Below are positions 39,306-48,741 of a DNA stretch of 64,000 nucleotides, piece after piece (position 1 is the stretch's first letter; each line of letters begins with the position of its first letter). Location of the stretch: contig JBMFUB010000001.1 in assembly GCA_049966715.1 (NCBI GenBank), forward strand, positions 80-64,079, read 5' to 3'. The position numbers and the translations under genes were made by a program. A model generated the notes under the pieces. It saw nothing but the letters and a program-made list of their open reading frames with translations. It made no database searches and had not been told where the DNA came from. This DNA comes from Candidatus Micrarchaeia archaeon. Its GTDB lineage: Archaea; Micrarchaeota; Micrarchaeia; Micrarchaeales; Micrarchaeaceae.

Positions 39306-40046
39306 TTGAGTTATTATGAGACTGCTGCAGAGAAGCTTCTTAATAATACGCTTACAGACAGCATTATGGTGCAGAGAAACCCACAAGGCAATGTTATGAT
39401 AATTAATGGAAAACCGACTGTTGTCTTTTTAGGAACAACTAGCTGTATATATTGTGCAGAAAATAGATGGGCAATGGCTTTAGCATTAGCAAAATTTGGC
39501 AACTTTAGTGCTTTGTATACGGGCTACAGCGCAATGGGTGATGGTCACATACCTACAATATTCTGGATGCCTGCAAACATAACAACGCCAAGCGGTGTAT
39601 CATATGGTAGCGATTATTCAAGCCCTTATATAAACTTTATCGCAGCAGATTACGAGTCTCCATTAAGTGGTGGATTTGAGATTCAGCCGTTATCTTATTT
39701 CATAAGTAATGCACCAAATGCAACATATGCAAATGCTATTGCATTTATGAATGCAAGCAAACAATTCCAAGGAACTCCATTCACATATTGGGGCACAACA
39801 TTTGTTAATGGTGCAGATGGTATAGTATTTGGAAATACAACACCAACAAGTGCGTCAGATATTCCACTGGCATATATGACTCATGCACAAGTTCTTAATC
39901 AGCTCAAGAATTTTAATGATCAATTTGCATGGAGCGAATATGCAGCAGCGGATATTTATATTGCATATACATGTCCTTCAATAAACAACAATGCACCAGT
40001 ATGTAAACTTTCAGGAATACAAAAATTAGAATCAATGATCGGTTGA
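39306..40046 (+). CDS. DUF929-like thioredoxin-fold domain (CxxC), lacking its own anchor (split gene, part 2)
   Basis: 'VVFLGTTSCIYCAENRWAMALALAKFGNFS' compares with the paralogue's '[30 protein letters not shown]'. There is no ATG start; the only candidate is a TTG at 39306. It is in a different frame from part 1. Confidence 0.6.
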   Translation: MSYYETAAEKLLNNTLTDSIMVQRNPQGNVMIINGKPTVVFLGTTSCIYCAENRWAMALALAKFGNFSALYTGYSAMGDGHIPTIFWMPANITTPSGVSYGSDYSSPYINFIAADYESPLSGGFEIQPLSYFISNAPNATYANAIAFMNASKQFQGTPFTYWGTTFVNGADGIVFGNTTPTSASDIPLAYMTHAQVLNQLKNFNDQFAWSEYAAADIYIAYTCPSINNNAPVCKLSGIQKLESMIG

Positions 40047-40338
40047 ATTTTATTTATTTTTTAATTTTATTCTTTTTTATATATTTTTTATTATTTGCTG
40101 TTTATATTTTTTTGAGTGTTTTTATTCTAGTTTGCTTTTATATTTTTATAATATTCTTAAATCTATTTAAATAAATAATTCTTATTTAAATATTAGAAAA
40201 ATAAAATATTAATTAGAACCTTAGAAAACTTTTCTATTTAAAATTATTATAAAATTAACTATTGCAATAAAGTAAAATGTAAAAAGCAAAATTTCAGTAA
40301 GTTATTTATTTATTAATTATTTAAATTAAGTGATTAAT

Positions 40339-40926
40339 ATGAATACTATATTGGTAGTTGTTGTTGCGCTGGTCGTTATAGGGGTCATAATTTTTGGACT
40401 TGCATTTTTCAAAGCTGGCTCTACTCTAGGTGCTTCATCATCAAGCCCAAGCTCATCTGTATTTTCATCTTCATACCCAAATTTAGGTTTAATAAATTCT
40501 AGTAGTGTTAGCTCAGTTCTAGGTGGAAATTGGAATGAGGTTGTATATTATCAAGGCTCAAACTATAGTAAAAGCCCGGGATATATGAAGATTCCATATA
40601 TAAAATATTTAGGCTTGGCAAACTTTACGAGCTCGGACCCAAACAGAACATACAATATAACATATGCTGAATTTAACAGTTCAAAAGTCGCGCTAAATAT
40701 ATACAAGTTGGGGACAGTAAACATGAATCCCATTTATAATGGTATATATGACAATTTTAATTATACGATGTTAGAAAATTCCAAAGGGGGTGTTATAATA
40801 TTTTACGCAAACTATTATAATTATGATATTGTAATGATGTATACGCAAAATAATACTTCAGCTCCAATGCCGCCAGAATCCGAGATGGTAAGTTTGTTAA
40901 ATGATGAGGTTTCAACTTCAAGATAA
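40339..40926 (+). CDS. Membrane-anchored extracellular hypothetical protein
   Basis: N-terminal TM helix (ILVVVVALVVIGVIIFGLAFF), a Ser-rich linker, and a sequon-bearing domain. The ATG at 40339 is preferred over the GTG at 40330. Confidence 0.5.
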   Translation: MNTILVVVVALVVIGVIIFGLAFFKAGSTLGASSSSPSSSVFSSSYPNLGLINSSSVSSVLGGNWNEVVYYQGSNYSKSPGYMKIPYIKYLGLANFTSSDPNRTYNITYAEFNSSKVALNIYKLGTVNMNPIYNGIYDNFNYTMLENSKGGVIIFYANYYNYDIVMMYTQNNTSAPMPPESEMVSLLNDEVSTSR

Positions 40927-41047
40927 ATGTATAATTAATATACATAATCAATTTAATGTAAAAGATATAAATAAATTAATATGAAAAAATTATATAGAAT
41001 ATATAATAAATTGATAAATAAAATATTAGCATTGAGGTAGTGATAAA

Positions 41048-41992
41048 ATGAGCAACATAAATGATATTTTAGGACCTAAAATAAGAGATATTAAACTTAA
41101 GAAAGATATGAAAGTAAGTGAGCTAATAGAAGCAATGAGCGACATCGGTGGATTTTCTGGTGAGCATCTTGTTGAAGGTGTTGATATATTAAAAAGAATG
41201 CTAAATGATGAAAAATCCTTTAATTTCCTTTCATTTCCTGCAGATATTGTTGCTACGGGTTTAAGAGGTGCATTGGCAAGTGCAGTAAAATATTTTGATG
41301 CAATTATAACAACAGGAGGCATGTTTGATCATGATATTGCAAGGGCTTTTGGCGGTATATACAGCAAAGGAACCTTTAATGTAGATGATTCTTATCTCCA
41401 CAAAAAAGGGGTTTATAGGCTTGGTAATGTTTTTATAGAAAAAGATGAATATGGGCTAAAGGTTGAAGATGCTTTTAATGAAATTATTAAAGAATTTTTC
41501 GATGAGAAGACAAAAAATGAATTTAGTGCGAGTGAACTTGCATATGAATTTGGAAAAAGAATAAAAGATGAGAGCTCAATATTAAGGCAGGCATATTTAA
41601 ACAATGTTCCAATCTTTTCTCCAGGTATATTAGATGGTTCATTTGGAACCCAACTTACGCTTTTTGCGCAGGATCACAATCTCAAGCTTAATTTGATAAA
41701 AGATGAACTTAAATTGAGCAATATACCTTTTGACAATAAGGTTACTGGCGCGCTTATGATTGGTGGTGGTATAAGCAAGCATCATGTTATCTGGTGGAAT
41801 CAATTTAAAGGCGGCTTAGATTATGCGGTTTATATAACAACCGCATCTCAATATGATGGGAGCCTCTCAGGAGCCAGAATGACAGAAGCGGTTTCATGGG
41901 GCAAAGTAAAAGAAAAAGCAAAATATACAACTATAGATGGCGATGCAACAATAATATTACCAATTATGCTTGCGGCATTAAATATTGTTTAA
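41048..41992 (+). CDS. dys: Deoxyhypusine synthase
   Basis: 'IGGGISKHHV' and 'DYAVYITTASQYDGSLSGARMTEAVSWGKV' match the conserved DHS C-terminal block (human: GGGVVKHH...[30 protein letters not shown]). Confidence 0.93.
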   Translation: MSNINDILGPKIRDIKLKKDMKVSELIEAMSDIGGFSGEHLVEGVDILKRMLNDEKSFNFLSFPADIVATGLRGALASAVKYFDAIITTGGMFDHDIARAFGGIYSKGTFNVDDSYLHKKGVYRLGNVFIEKDEYGLKVEDAFNEIIKEFFDEKTKNEFSASELAYEFGKRIKDESSILRQAYLNNVPIFSPGILDGSFGTQLTLFAQDHNLKLNLIKDELKLSNIPFDNKVTGALMIGGGISKHHVIWWNQFKGGLDYAVYITTASQYDGSLSGARMTEAVSWGKVKEKAKYTTIDGDATIILPIMLAALNIV

Positions 41993-41999
41993 TGATTGT

Positions 42000-42878
42000 A
42001 TGTCAAAAAACGAGATTGAGATATCAGGCGACATCAGCAGGCTGGTTAATAAAACCAATGAACGGATAATAGAAATCGCAGACAAATTTTTAAAAAACAG
42101 CTTAATATACGAACCAACAATGCATTTTTTAAAAGCGCCCGGAAAACTTATAAGGCCTGCGCTTGTTTTAACTTCTGCAATTATTCTTGGCAAAGAGCCA
42201 AAAAAATATATAGATCTTGCTGCATCAATAGAGTTTCTACATACTGCATCTCTCATCCATGATGATATAATAGATAAAGATGAAAAAAGAAGAGGTATAG
42301 AAACCGTACAAAAAAAATATGGGATTGATGGTGCCATACTTGCTGGCGACATGCTTTTTGCTCTTGCTGTAAATACTGCTAGTGCTTATGGGCGGGAAGT
42401 TTTGGAAATAACATCAAAAGCGGCTGCGGATATGTGCATAGGGGAGTTTTTGGATAGTGGCGCTCAAAAAAACAGGCAAGTACTGAGTCTAGATGAATAT
42501 TTAAATATCGCAAAGCTTAAAACCGCATCACTAATATCTTCAGCTACAAGCGTAGTGGCAGTATATGAGAAGGACGAGTACAAAAATAAAATCCTAAAAG
42601 ATTTTGGAATTAATATAGGAATGTCATTTCAAATAAGAGATGATATATTAAATTATTTAAAGCGTGATAAGCTCAAAGATTCAACTAGCGACATAAATAA
42701 TTTTAGGCCAAATATAGTAGCAGTATATAATAATTTAAATAGCTCAATTAGCCCTGTAAAAGCTGCAATAGAAAAAAACAATGAATACATACAAAAAGCA
42801 AAAGAATCTTTGAAAAAGCTTGAGGATTCAAGCTATCTATTACCATATGTCAATTTTCTTAAAGTGGAAGAAGATTAA
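42000..42878 (+). CDS. Polyprenyl (geranylgeranyl) diphosphate synthase
   Basis: First Asp-rich motif 'LIHDDIID' and second 'FQIRDDILN'. The ATG at 42000 lies 8 nt after the dys stop. The track's TTG at 41985 would overlap dys. Confidence 0.9.
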   Translation: MSKNEIEISGDISRLVNKTNERIIEIADKFLKNSLIYEPTMHFLKAPGKLIRPALVLTSAIILGKEPKKYIDLAASIEFLHTASLIHDDIIDKDEKRRGIETVQKKYGIDGAILAGDMLFALAVNTASAYGREVLEITSKAAADMCIGEFLDSGAQKNRQVLSLDEYLNIAKLKTASLISSATSVVAVYEKDEYKNKILKDFGINIGMSFQIRDDILNYLKRDKLKDSTSDINNFRPNIVAVYNNLNSSISPVKAAIEKNNEYIQKAKESLKKLEDSSYLLPYVNFLKVEED

Positions 42879-42952
42879 ATAAATATAAAATATACTTTTA
42901 AGCGCGCTTTAATAATGAATTTTCAAAAATCTTTTTGTATAGAAAATATAAA

Positions 42953-43028
42953 TCGGGTCCGAGGGGATTTGAACCCCTGACCTACTGGTTAAAAGCCAGC
43001 CGCTCTGGCCAAACTGAGCTACGAACCC
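42953..43028 (-). tRNA. tRNA-Lys (anticodon UUU)
   Basis: Reverse complement: GGGUUCG UA GCUC AGUUUGGCC AGAGC G GCUGG CUUUUAA CCAGU AGGUC AGGGG UUCAAAU CCCCU CGGACCC A. It folds as a full cloverleaf with 7-bp acceptor, anticodon loop C-U-UUU-A-A, and T-loop UUCAAAU. No encoded CCA. Confidence 0.93.
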
Positions 43029-43496
43029 TTAAAATAAATATTGAAAATAAATATAATTAACTAATATTCTAAAATAATAATTATAATAATTTTCAAAAAT
43101 ATATTTACGATATTATATATTTAAATATATTTAAAATAAATAATAATTTATGTTAAATAATCTGTTTAAATTAATTAATATTTTAATTAATGCTAATCAA
43201 ATAAATTACAAATTAAATATCTTTTTTTAATTTGATATAAAATTAACGTATTAAGTATATTAAATAATATTTATATATTAATTATATTAACAATAAATTT
43301 ATAATAATATTTTTGATATTTTTATCAATGATACTTAGTATACTAGTATTTAACCTTAATATTTAAATAACACAAAAAATATAAAACATTGCTTATTAAA
43401 AGTTTAGCAATATATTTCCTTATACTTATTCTTTTACATTTATATTTTTATATAAACTAATAAAAAGATTTCTAGAGATATTTATTTTGTGATTTA

Positions 43497-44819
43497 ATGC
43501 AACCTTATTATGATCTTATTGTTGTAGGTGGTGGCCCTGCTGGCATAGGTGCTGCATTTTCTGCTTCAAAACTTGGATTAAAAACTGCATTAATAGAACG
43601 ACATAATATGTTAGGTGGAAATTGGACTAACAGTTATGTATTGTCAATCCTTGGAATTTATACATATTCTGGGAAAACAAAAATTGTTGGTGGAATTGCA
43701 GATGAAATAGTTGAAAATTTAAAAAAGAACAAAGGCACAAATGGTAAAATAGGTAACTTTATTCCTTTCAGACCAGAAGAAATGAAATTAACACTAAATG
43801 ATATGGCAATGAAATTAAATATTGATGTATATTATAGTGCGCTAGTAACTGGTGCTTCAGTTGAAGATAAAACAATCAACAAAATAGAATTTACCGGTAA
43901 AAATGGCAAGAATATTTTAAAAGGTAAAGTATTTATCGATGCAAGTGGTGATGCAGATCTCGTTTATTTAATTAAAAATGGTGTTATGAGTGGAAATGGG
44001 AAAAGTGGTGTGCATCAAGAAGCAACATTGCCATTTATAATAGGAAATATTAATGAGGACAAGATAATTAAATATGCTTTAGAGCATCCTGATGAAATAA
44101 GTGTTGTACTTGATGAAAATAAAAATTTATCTAGAATAAGAATACAACCAAAACTCGTTGTTAAGGCAGAAAAAGAAAAGAAACTTTATTTACCACATTC
44201 TAATAATGAATTTCTTTTTAATACAGGTAGAAGGGGGGAATTTGTATGCAACGCAACACATGTTGCTGTAACAAATTTTTCTAGCAGTAAAATAATTGCA
44301 GAAGAGATAGAAAATGCGAGAATACAGGTTCTTTCATCATTTGAATTTTTAAAAGAGAATATAGTTGGATTTGAAGATGCATTTTTGATTGGCTCTGCAC
44401 CTTATATCGGCTTGCGCGAAACGAGGCGTGCTATTGGTGAGTATGTACTAAAAAAAGAAGATGTATTAAATAATAAAAAATTTAATGATGTTATTGCAAG
44501 ATGCGGTCATCCAGTAGAGGTGCATGATTTAAAGAAAGGGGTTTATTATATCCACTTAAATGGCGGTGATGATTCTTGGTACGAAATACCTTATAAAGCA
44601 ATAGTTGTCAAGGGGATTAAAAATCTTTTTGCAGTTGGAAGATGTTTAAGTGCAGATTTTATTGCACAAGCAAGTGCAAGAGTGAGTGGTACATCATTGG
44701 CAATGGGCCAGGCCGCTGCTACTGCAGCATACCTTATAATTAAATATGATGAAAGTGCGATAGACATTAATATAAATGAACTGCAAGAACTATTAAAAAA
44801 GAATGGTGCATTAATATAA
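43497..44819 (+). CDS. FAD-dependent oxidoreductase (FAD_oxidored/GlcD-unrelated, PF12831-like)
   Basis: N-terminal Rossmann motif 'DLIVVGGGPAGIGAA', 'IDASGDADL', and a C-terminal 'GRC.SAD..A..SARVSGT...MGQAA' block typical of this family. Confidence 0.75.
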   Translation: MQPYYDLIVVGGGPAGIGAAFSASKLGLKTALIERHNMLGGNWTNSYVLSILGIYTYSGKTKIVGGIADEIVENLKKNKGTNGKIGNFIPFRPEEMKLTLNDMAMKLNIDVYYSALVTGASVEDKTINKIEFTGKNGKNILKGKVFIDASGDADLVYLIKNGVMSGNGKSGVHQEATLPFIIGNINEDKIIKYALEHPDEISVVLDENKNLSRIRIQPKLVVKAEKEKKLYLPHSNNEFLFNTGRRGEFVCNATHVAVTNFSSSKIIAEEIENARIQVLSSFEFLKENIVGFEDAFLIGSAPYIGLRETRRAIGEYVLKKEDVLNNKKFNDVIARCGHPVEVHDLKKGVYYIHLNGGDDSWYEIPYKAIVVKGIKNLFAVGRCLSADFIAQASARVSGTSLAMGQAAATAAYLIIKYDESAIDININELQELLKKNGALI

Positions 44820-44845
44820 ATTATTTATTAAAAATAAATAATAAA

Positions 44846-45240
44846 ACAGAACTCTATTGCATTATAGGAATGTCTACGCATCATTCATTATCTTCTACTA
44901 TACACAATGCGGGTTTTAAAAACTTAAAATTAATAAGGTATTTGTAGCATTTGACATTCCTAAAAACAGACTCATAGACGCTATCTTTGGAATGAGGGTG
45001 TTTGGAATAAAAGGTATGACTTTAAATAGGGGTATGGTAATATTTGATGCAAATTATATACCTTTAAAAAATAAATTGATAAAAGATGCAAAACATGCAG
45101 GTGCAAAAACCATAAATGGATTAGAGCTACTTGTAAATTAGGGAATAGTTGCATTCAAATTATTTACAGGAAAAGAAATCGATTATAAAACAATGAAGAA
45201 TGCGGCACTTTTCGAATTAAAAAAGCGTAATATACTTTAG
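44846..45240 (+). pseudogene. aroE: Decayed shikimate dehydrogenase (aroE) relic with a frameshift, a large internal deletion and an in-frame TAG
   Basis: Frame A gives 'ELYCIIGMSTHHSLSSTIHNAGFKNLKLIRYL*' (compare E. coli AroE '[22 protein letters not shown]...Y'). Frame B, from about 44935, gives 'VAFDIPKNRLIDAIFGMRVFGIKGMTLNRG' joined directly to the C-terminal block 'MVIFDANYIPLKNKLIKDAKHAGAKTINGLELLVN*GIVAFKLFTGKE'. The TAG at 45139-45141 sits where the conserved Gln of 'MLVxQA' belongs. About 150 codons covering the NADP-binding domain are missing, and there is no start codon. Confidence 0.8.
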
Positions 45241-45301
45241 ATAAATAAATTATAAAAATAAATTAAAAAATTAAAAAATAAAAAAATAAAAAAAAGAAAA
45301 T

Positions 45302-46504
45302 TTACTTCTTGTTGGTTTTTAATTCTGGTGCTATTACTAGTGCTATGAATTCTATTATAACTACCGCAATAACGCCTATATATATTGTTGACATGCTTCC
45401 AAAGTATACTCCTAAAATTACTGGTATTATTGCTACGCCTAGATTTGTAACAACACTATACATTGACGTTGCAAATCCTGCTTGTGCTGGATCCGATACA
45501 TAATTTGTAGTTGATGTTAATGCCATTGACCAAAATGCATTACCAAAGAATCCAAAGAAGAAAAATCCAACTGCAATAAGTAATGCATCTGTTGTATAAG
45601 CTAATCCCATTGACATTACAATAGCACTTACGAACATTAAAAATGCAGTAGTTATAATGCCTGTTTTCAGCTTCTCATATTTTTCAAACAACGGTGGTAA
45701 TATTATTGCACCTAAAGCTGATCCTAGGAATGCGAGCCCTCCTAATAAGCCACCTAATGCTAACGCGTAATCTTTACTAAAGTTATGTAGCAACAGTACA
45801 GTTGATGCAACACTTCCAAACATTACAGATATTGCCGCAATTGCAAAACCTATATACCAGTTCTTTAGCATTCCCCACTTAAATGTCCCTTTTAGAGATT
45901 TGCCTTTATAATATGTTGGATATCCTTTTATTCCAAATGCTATCCATATTCCTGCAAGTATTGAAAGAAGTGCAGTTATCCAAAGAACACCGCTTAAGCT
46001 AAATGCATCAAATAAGCCCGGGCCAAAGAAGGCACCAAATGCCATCCCTAAAAATAATATACCAACGCTTACTCCTACTATAGTGTGTGCTTTCTCCTTA
46101 GATATTGATTCGGAAATGCTCCCTACCGGCGCCATTGCAAGGGGGTAAGCTATAGCTGCAATAATGCCCATAATAAGAAACGCGGCATAATCTGGCGCTA
46201 ATGCCCTGCCAACTAAGCCTATTATAGATATTAGAGCAGACCCATATAGCGCACTTCTTACTGTAAATTTAGCTGCTATATAACCGGCTAAAAGCCCTAA
46301 TATAACCATCGTATATCCGTAAGTTGATATAATTAACAATATTGCGCTTAAGCCCACATTAAAATTTTCTATTAACGCAGGTATAAGTGGTGCAAGAATA
46401 AACCATGCAAAGCCTATTGTAAAAAGAAGAAACCAATAAGGCAATAGGTTTGCCATACCAACATTCGAACCTTGAATGTTTTTTTTATTATCTTTTTTCT
46501 CCAT
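45302..46504 (-). CDS. MFS transporter
   Basis: About 12 predicted TM helices in two halves with a central loop. The ATG at 46504 is preceded by GTGATAA. The track's GTG at 46513 is part of that Shine-Dalgarno sequence. Confidence 0.8.
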   Translation of the reverse strand: MEKKDNKKNIQGSNVGMANLLPYWFLLFTIGFAWFILAPLIPALIENFNVGLSAILLIISTYGYTMVILGLLAGYIAAKFTVRSALYGSALISIIGLVGRALAPDYAAFLIMGIIAAIAYPLAMAPVGSISESISKEKAHTIVGVSVGILFLGMAFGAFFGPGLFDAFSLSGVLWITALLSILAGIWIAFGIKGYPTYYKGKSLKGTFKWGMLKNWYIGFAIAAISVMFGSVASTVLLLHNFSKDYALALGGLLGGLAFLGSALGAIILPPLFEKYEKLKTGIITTAFLMFVSAIVMSMGLAYTTDALLIAVGFFFFGFFGNAFWSMALTSTTNYVSDPAQAGFATSMYSVVTNLGVAIIPVILGVYFGSMSTIYIGVIAVVIIEFIALVIAPELKTNKK

Positions 46505-47130
46505 ATTTATCACTTAATTATTATAATAACTGTTATAATATTATAATTTTAATCCTTTGTATCCGATCCTATTTATTCAATTTGGCTATATATCTAATTA
46601 AAATAATTAAACCAACTTTATTATTGAAAGTTGTTGAAAGCAATTACTCTCATCCATCTTTTTTAACTTATTTCAAAGAAAAAGACAATCTCAATATTTA
46701 AAAATTTTTATTAGAATTCGTTAAATGGCTAATTTAAAAAAAATTAATATCTAATAAAAGATTTAGAAAATATTAAAAATTAAAGACAGAGAAAAATATA
46801 AGTTTAATACTTAATTAATAATTTAATAAATTATAGATATAAAAATATATAATGAATAATTAAAATATATTAAATATTAATAAATTATTACGAACTAAAT
46901 ATAATTAAATAATATAATTATAAAATCAAATTATTAATAAATAATACGATTATAATAAACATTTATATAATATAAATATAATATAAATTATATAATACCT
47001 ATGTAATTATATTTAATTCATACATTACAATTTGTTATATTTATATTTATAATTGTTATAATTATAAAATTTATAAAAACGAGATGAAATAAAGATTAAA
47101 ATAAAGGTAAATATAAAATTAATAATTATA

Positions 47131-48642
47131 ATGGTTTATATGAGAGAAGAGAAAAGAGAAGAATGTGGGGTATTTGGAATACTACGTAGTGATAGAAATG
47201 GTACAGCAGAAATTAATAATCAATCTTCTGCTCCTTATATTTATAAAGGAATATTTAGTTTGCAGCACCGAGGTCAAAATGGTGCAGGAATAGCAACAAT
47301 TGATATTTATAGCAATAATAAAAACAACGTTAAAACAATATATATTAAGAAAGGAGCAAATCTTGTTAATAGGGTTTTTGAAGAATTTGATTTGAATGAA
47401 CTAAAAGGAAATTTAGGGGTTGGGAGTGTTAGATACCCAACAGTAGGCCATTCTACAGATAATGATGCGCAGCCCTTTTTTTCTTACAATGTCAGAAATG
47501 GAATTTTACTTTCGCATAATGGAAATTTAGTCAACTATAAAGAGATCAGAGAAAATTTAATTAATGAAGGGGTGGAGTTCTCTTCTGATGGCGATGCAGA
47601 GATAATGCTTAAATTATTAGAATTAGAGTTGAAGAAGAGAGATGATATAGTTGAAGCAGTAAAAAATTTGATGAATAAAGTTGAAGGTGCGTATTCGGAT
47701 GTTGTTGCAACAGGCTATGGTGAATTGATAGCATTTAGAGATCCACATGGGATACGGCCTCTTTCATTTGGAAGTGATAAGGAAAATAAAATTGTAGCAT
47801 TTGCCTCAGAAAGTGTTGCGTTTGATATCAACAATTTAGAAAAGAAATGGGATTTAGAACCGGGAGAAGTTGTTGTCGTAACTACATATGATGGAGGATA
47901 TCACATAAATAGAAAGATAATTAAAAATGAAGGTAGAAAACATTGTTTCTTTGAGTATGTTTATTTTTCAAGACCTGATTCTTATTTGGATGCTGGTTCT
48001 GTTTATAATATTAGAGTAAAACTTGGTGAATTGCTTGCGAGTATTGAACCGGTCGAAGCAGATTTTGTAGTTCCTGTTCCAGATACCGCAAGACCTGCTG
48101 CGGATGGTTATTCTAAAGTTAGTGGAATACCAGTTGCAGAAGGACTTATAAAAAATAGATATATATCAAGAACTTTTATAATGCCTTTACAAAAAACACG
48201 TGATGATGGAGTGCGATTTAAATTTAATCTAAATAAAGAAATTATTAAAAATAAAAAAATTATATTGATAGATGATAGTATAGTTAGAGGTACAACATTA
48301 AAGAAAATTATAGCGTTTTTGAAAGATGGTGGCGCAACTGAGATTCATGTAAGAATTACGGCGCCGCAAATAATATCGCCGTGTTTCTATGGTATTGACA
48401 TGTCAAATCACAAACAGCTTATTGCATACCAAGAAAAAAATGATATAAATAAAATACGTGAGAGGATAGGCGCTACTTCATTGGTTTATTTATCTCAGAA
48501 AAAACTTGTAGAAGCAATAGGGTTAAAGCGTACTGAACTTTGCTTAGCATGCCTAAATGGTAAATATCCAACATCTATTGCACAAAAGCTTGCAGATTCT
48601 ATGAAAAATAGTGATAATGATAAGGAAAGATATTATGAATAA
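47131..48642 (+). CDS. purF: Amidophosphoribosyltransferase (glutamine PRPP amidotransferase)
   Basis: N-terminal nucleophile 'ECGVFGI', 'LQHRGQNGAGIA', 'HNGNLVNY', the PRTase motif 'IILIDDSIVRGTT', and C-terminal Cys residues ('SPCFYGID', 'CLACLNGKYP') consistent with the Fe-S type. Confidence 0.92.
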   Translation: MVYMREEKREECGVFGILRSDRNGTAEINNQSSAPYIYKGIFSLQHRGQNGAGIATIDIYSNNKNNVKTIYIKKGANLVNRVFEEFDLNELKGNLGVGSVRYPTVGHSTDNDAQPFFSYNVRNGILLSHNGNLVNYKEIRENLINEGVEFSSDGDAEIMLKLLELELKKRDDIVEAVKNLMNKVEGAYSDVVATGYGELIAFRDPHGIRPLSFGSDKENKIVAFASESVAFDINNLEKKWDLEPGEVVVVTTYDGGYHINRKIIKNEGRKHCFFEYVYFSRPDSYLDAGSVYNIRVKLGELLASIEPVEADFVVPVPDTARPAADGYSKVSGIPVAEGLIKNRYISRTFIMPLQKTRDDGVRFKFNLNKEIIKNKKIILIDDSIVRGTTLKKIIAFLKDGGATEIHVRITAPQIISPCFYGIDMSNHKQLIAYQEKNDINKIRERIGATSLVYLSQKKLVEAIGLKRTELCLACLNGKYPTSIAQKLADSMKNSDNDKERYYE

Positions 48643-48741
48643 TATTTGACATTTATATATTTTATTTAAAATAATTAAACAAACATAAATATAAAGGGAA
48701 ACATATTAGCTTGTATCAATTATTGATTATCACTTTGTCCT

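Noticed and set aside
42900-42909. 10-bp perfect palindrome AAGCGCGCTT after the polyprenyl synthase gene.
   Set aside because: It has no loop, so it is not a useful RNA hairpin. It is a single occurrence and is more likely a chance or restriction-type palindrome than a terminator or operator.
42879-43496. Integrated mobile element or genomic island next to tRNA-Lys (and likewise next to tRNA-Asn at 56638-56709).
   Set aside because: There is no integrase, no transposase and no direct repeat of the tRNA 3' half in the flanks. The similarity between the two tRNA genes (gacctactggttaa.agccag.cgctct) is explained by related anticodon arms.
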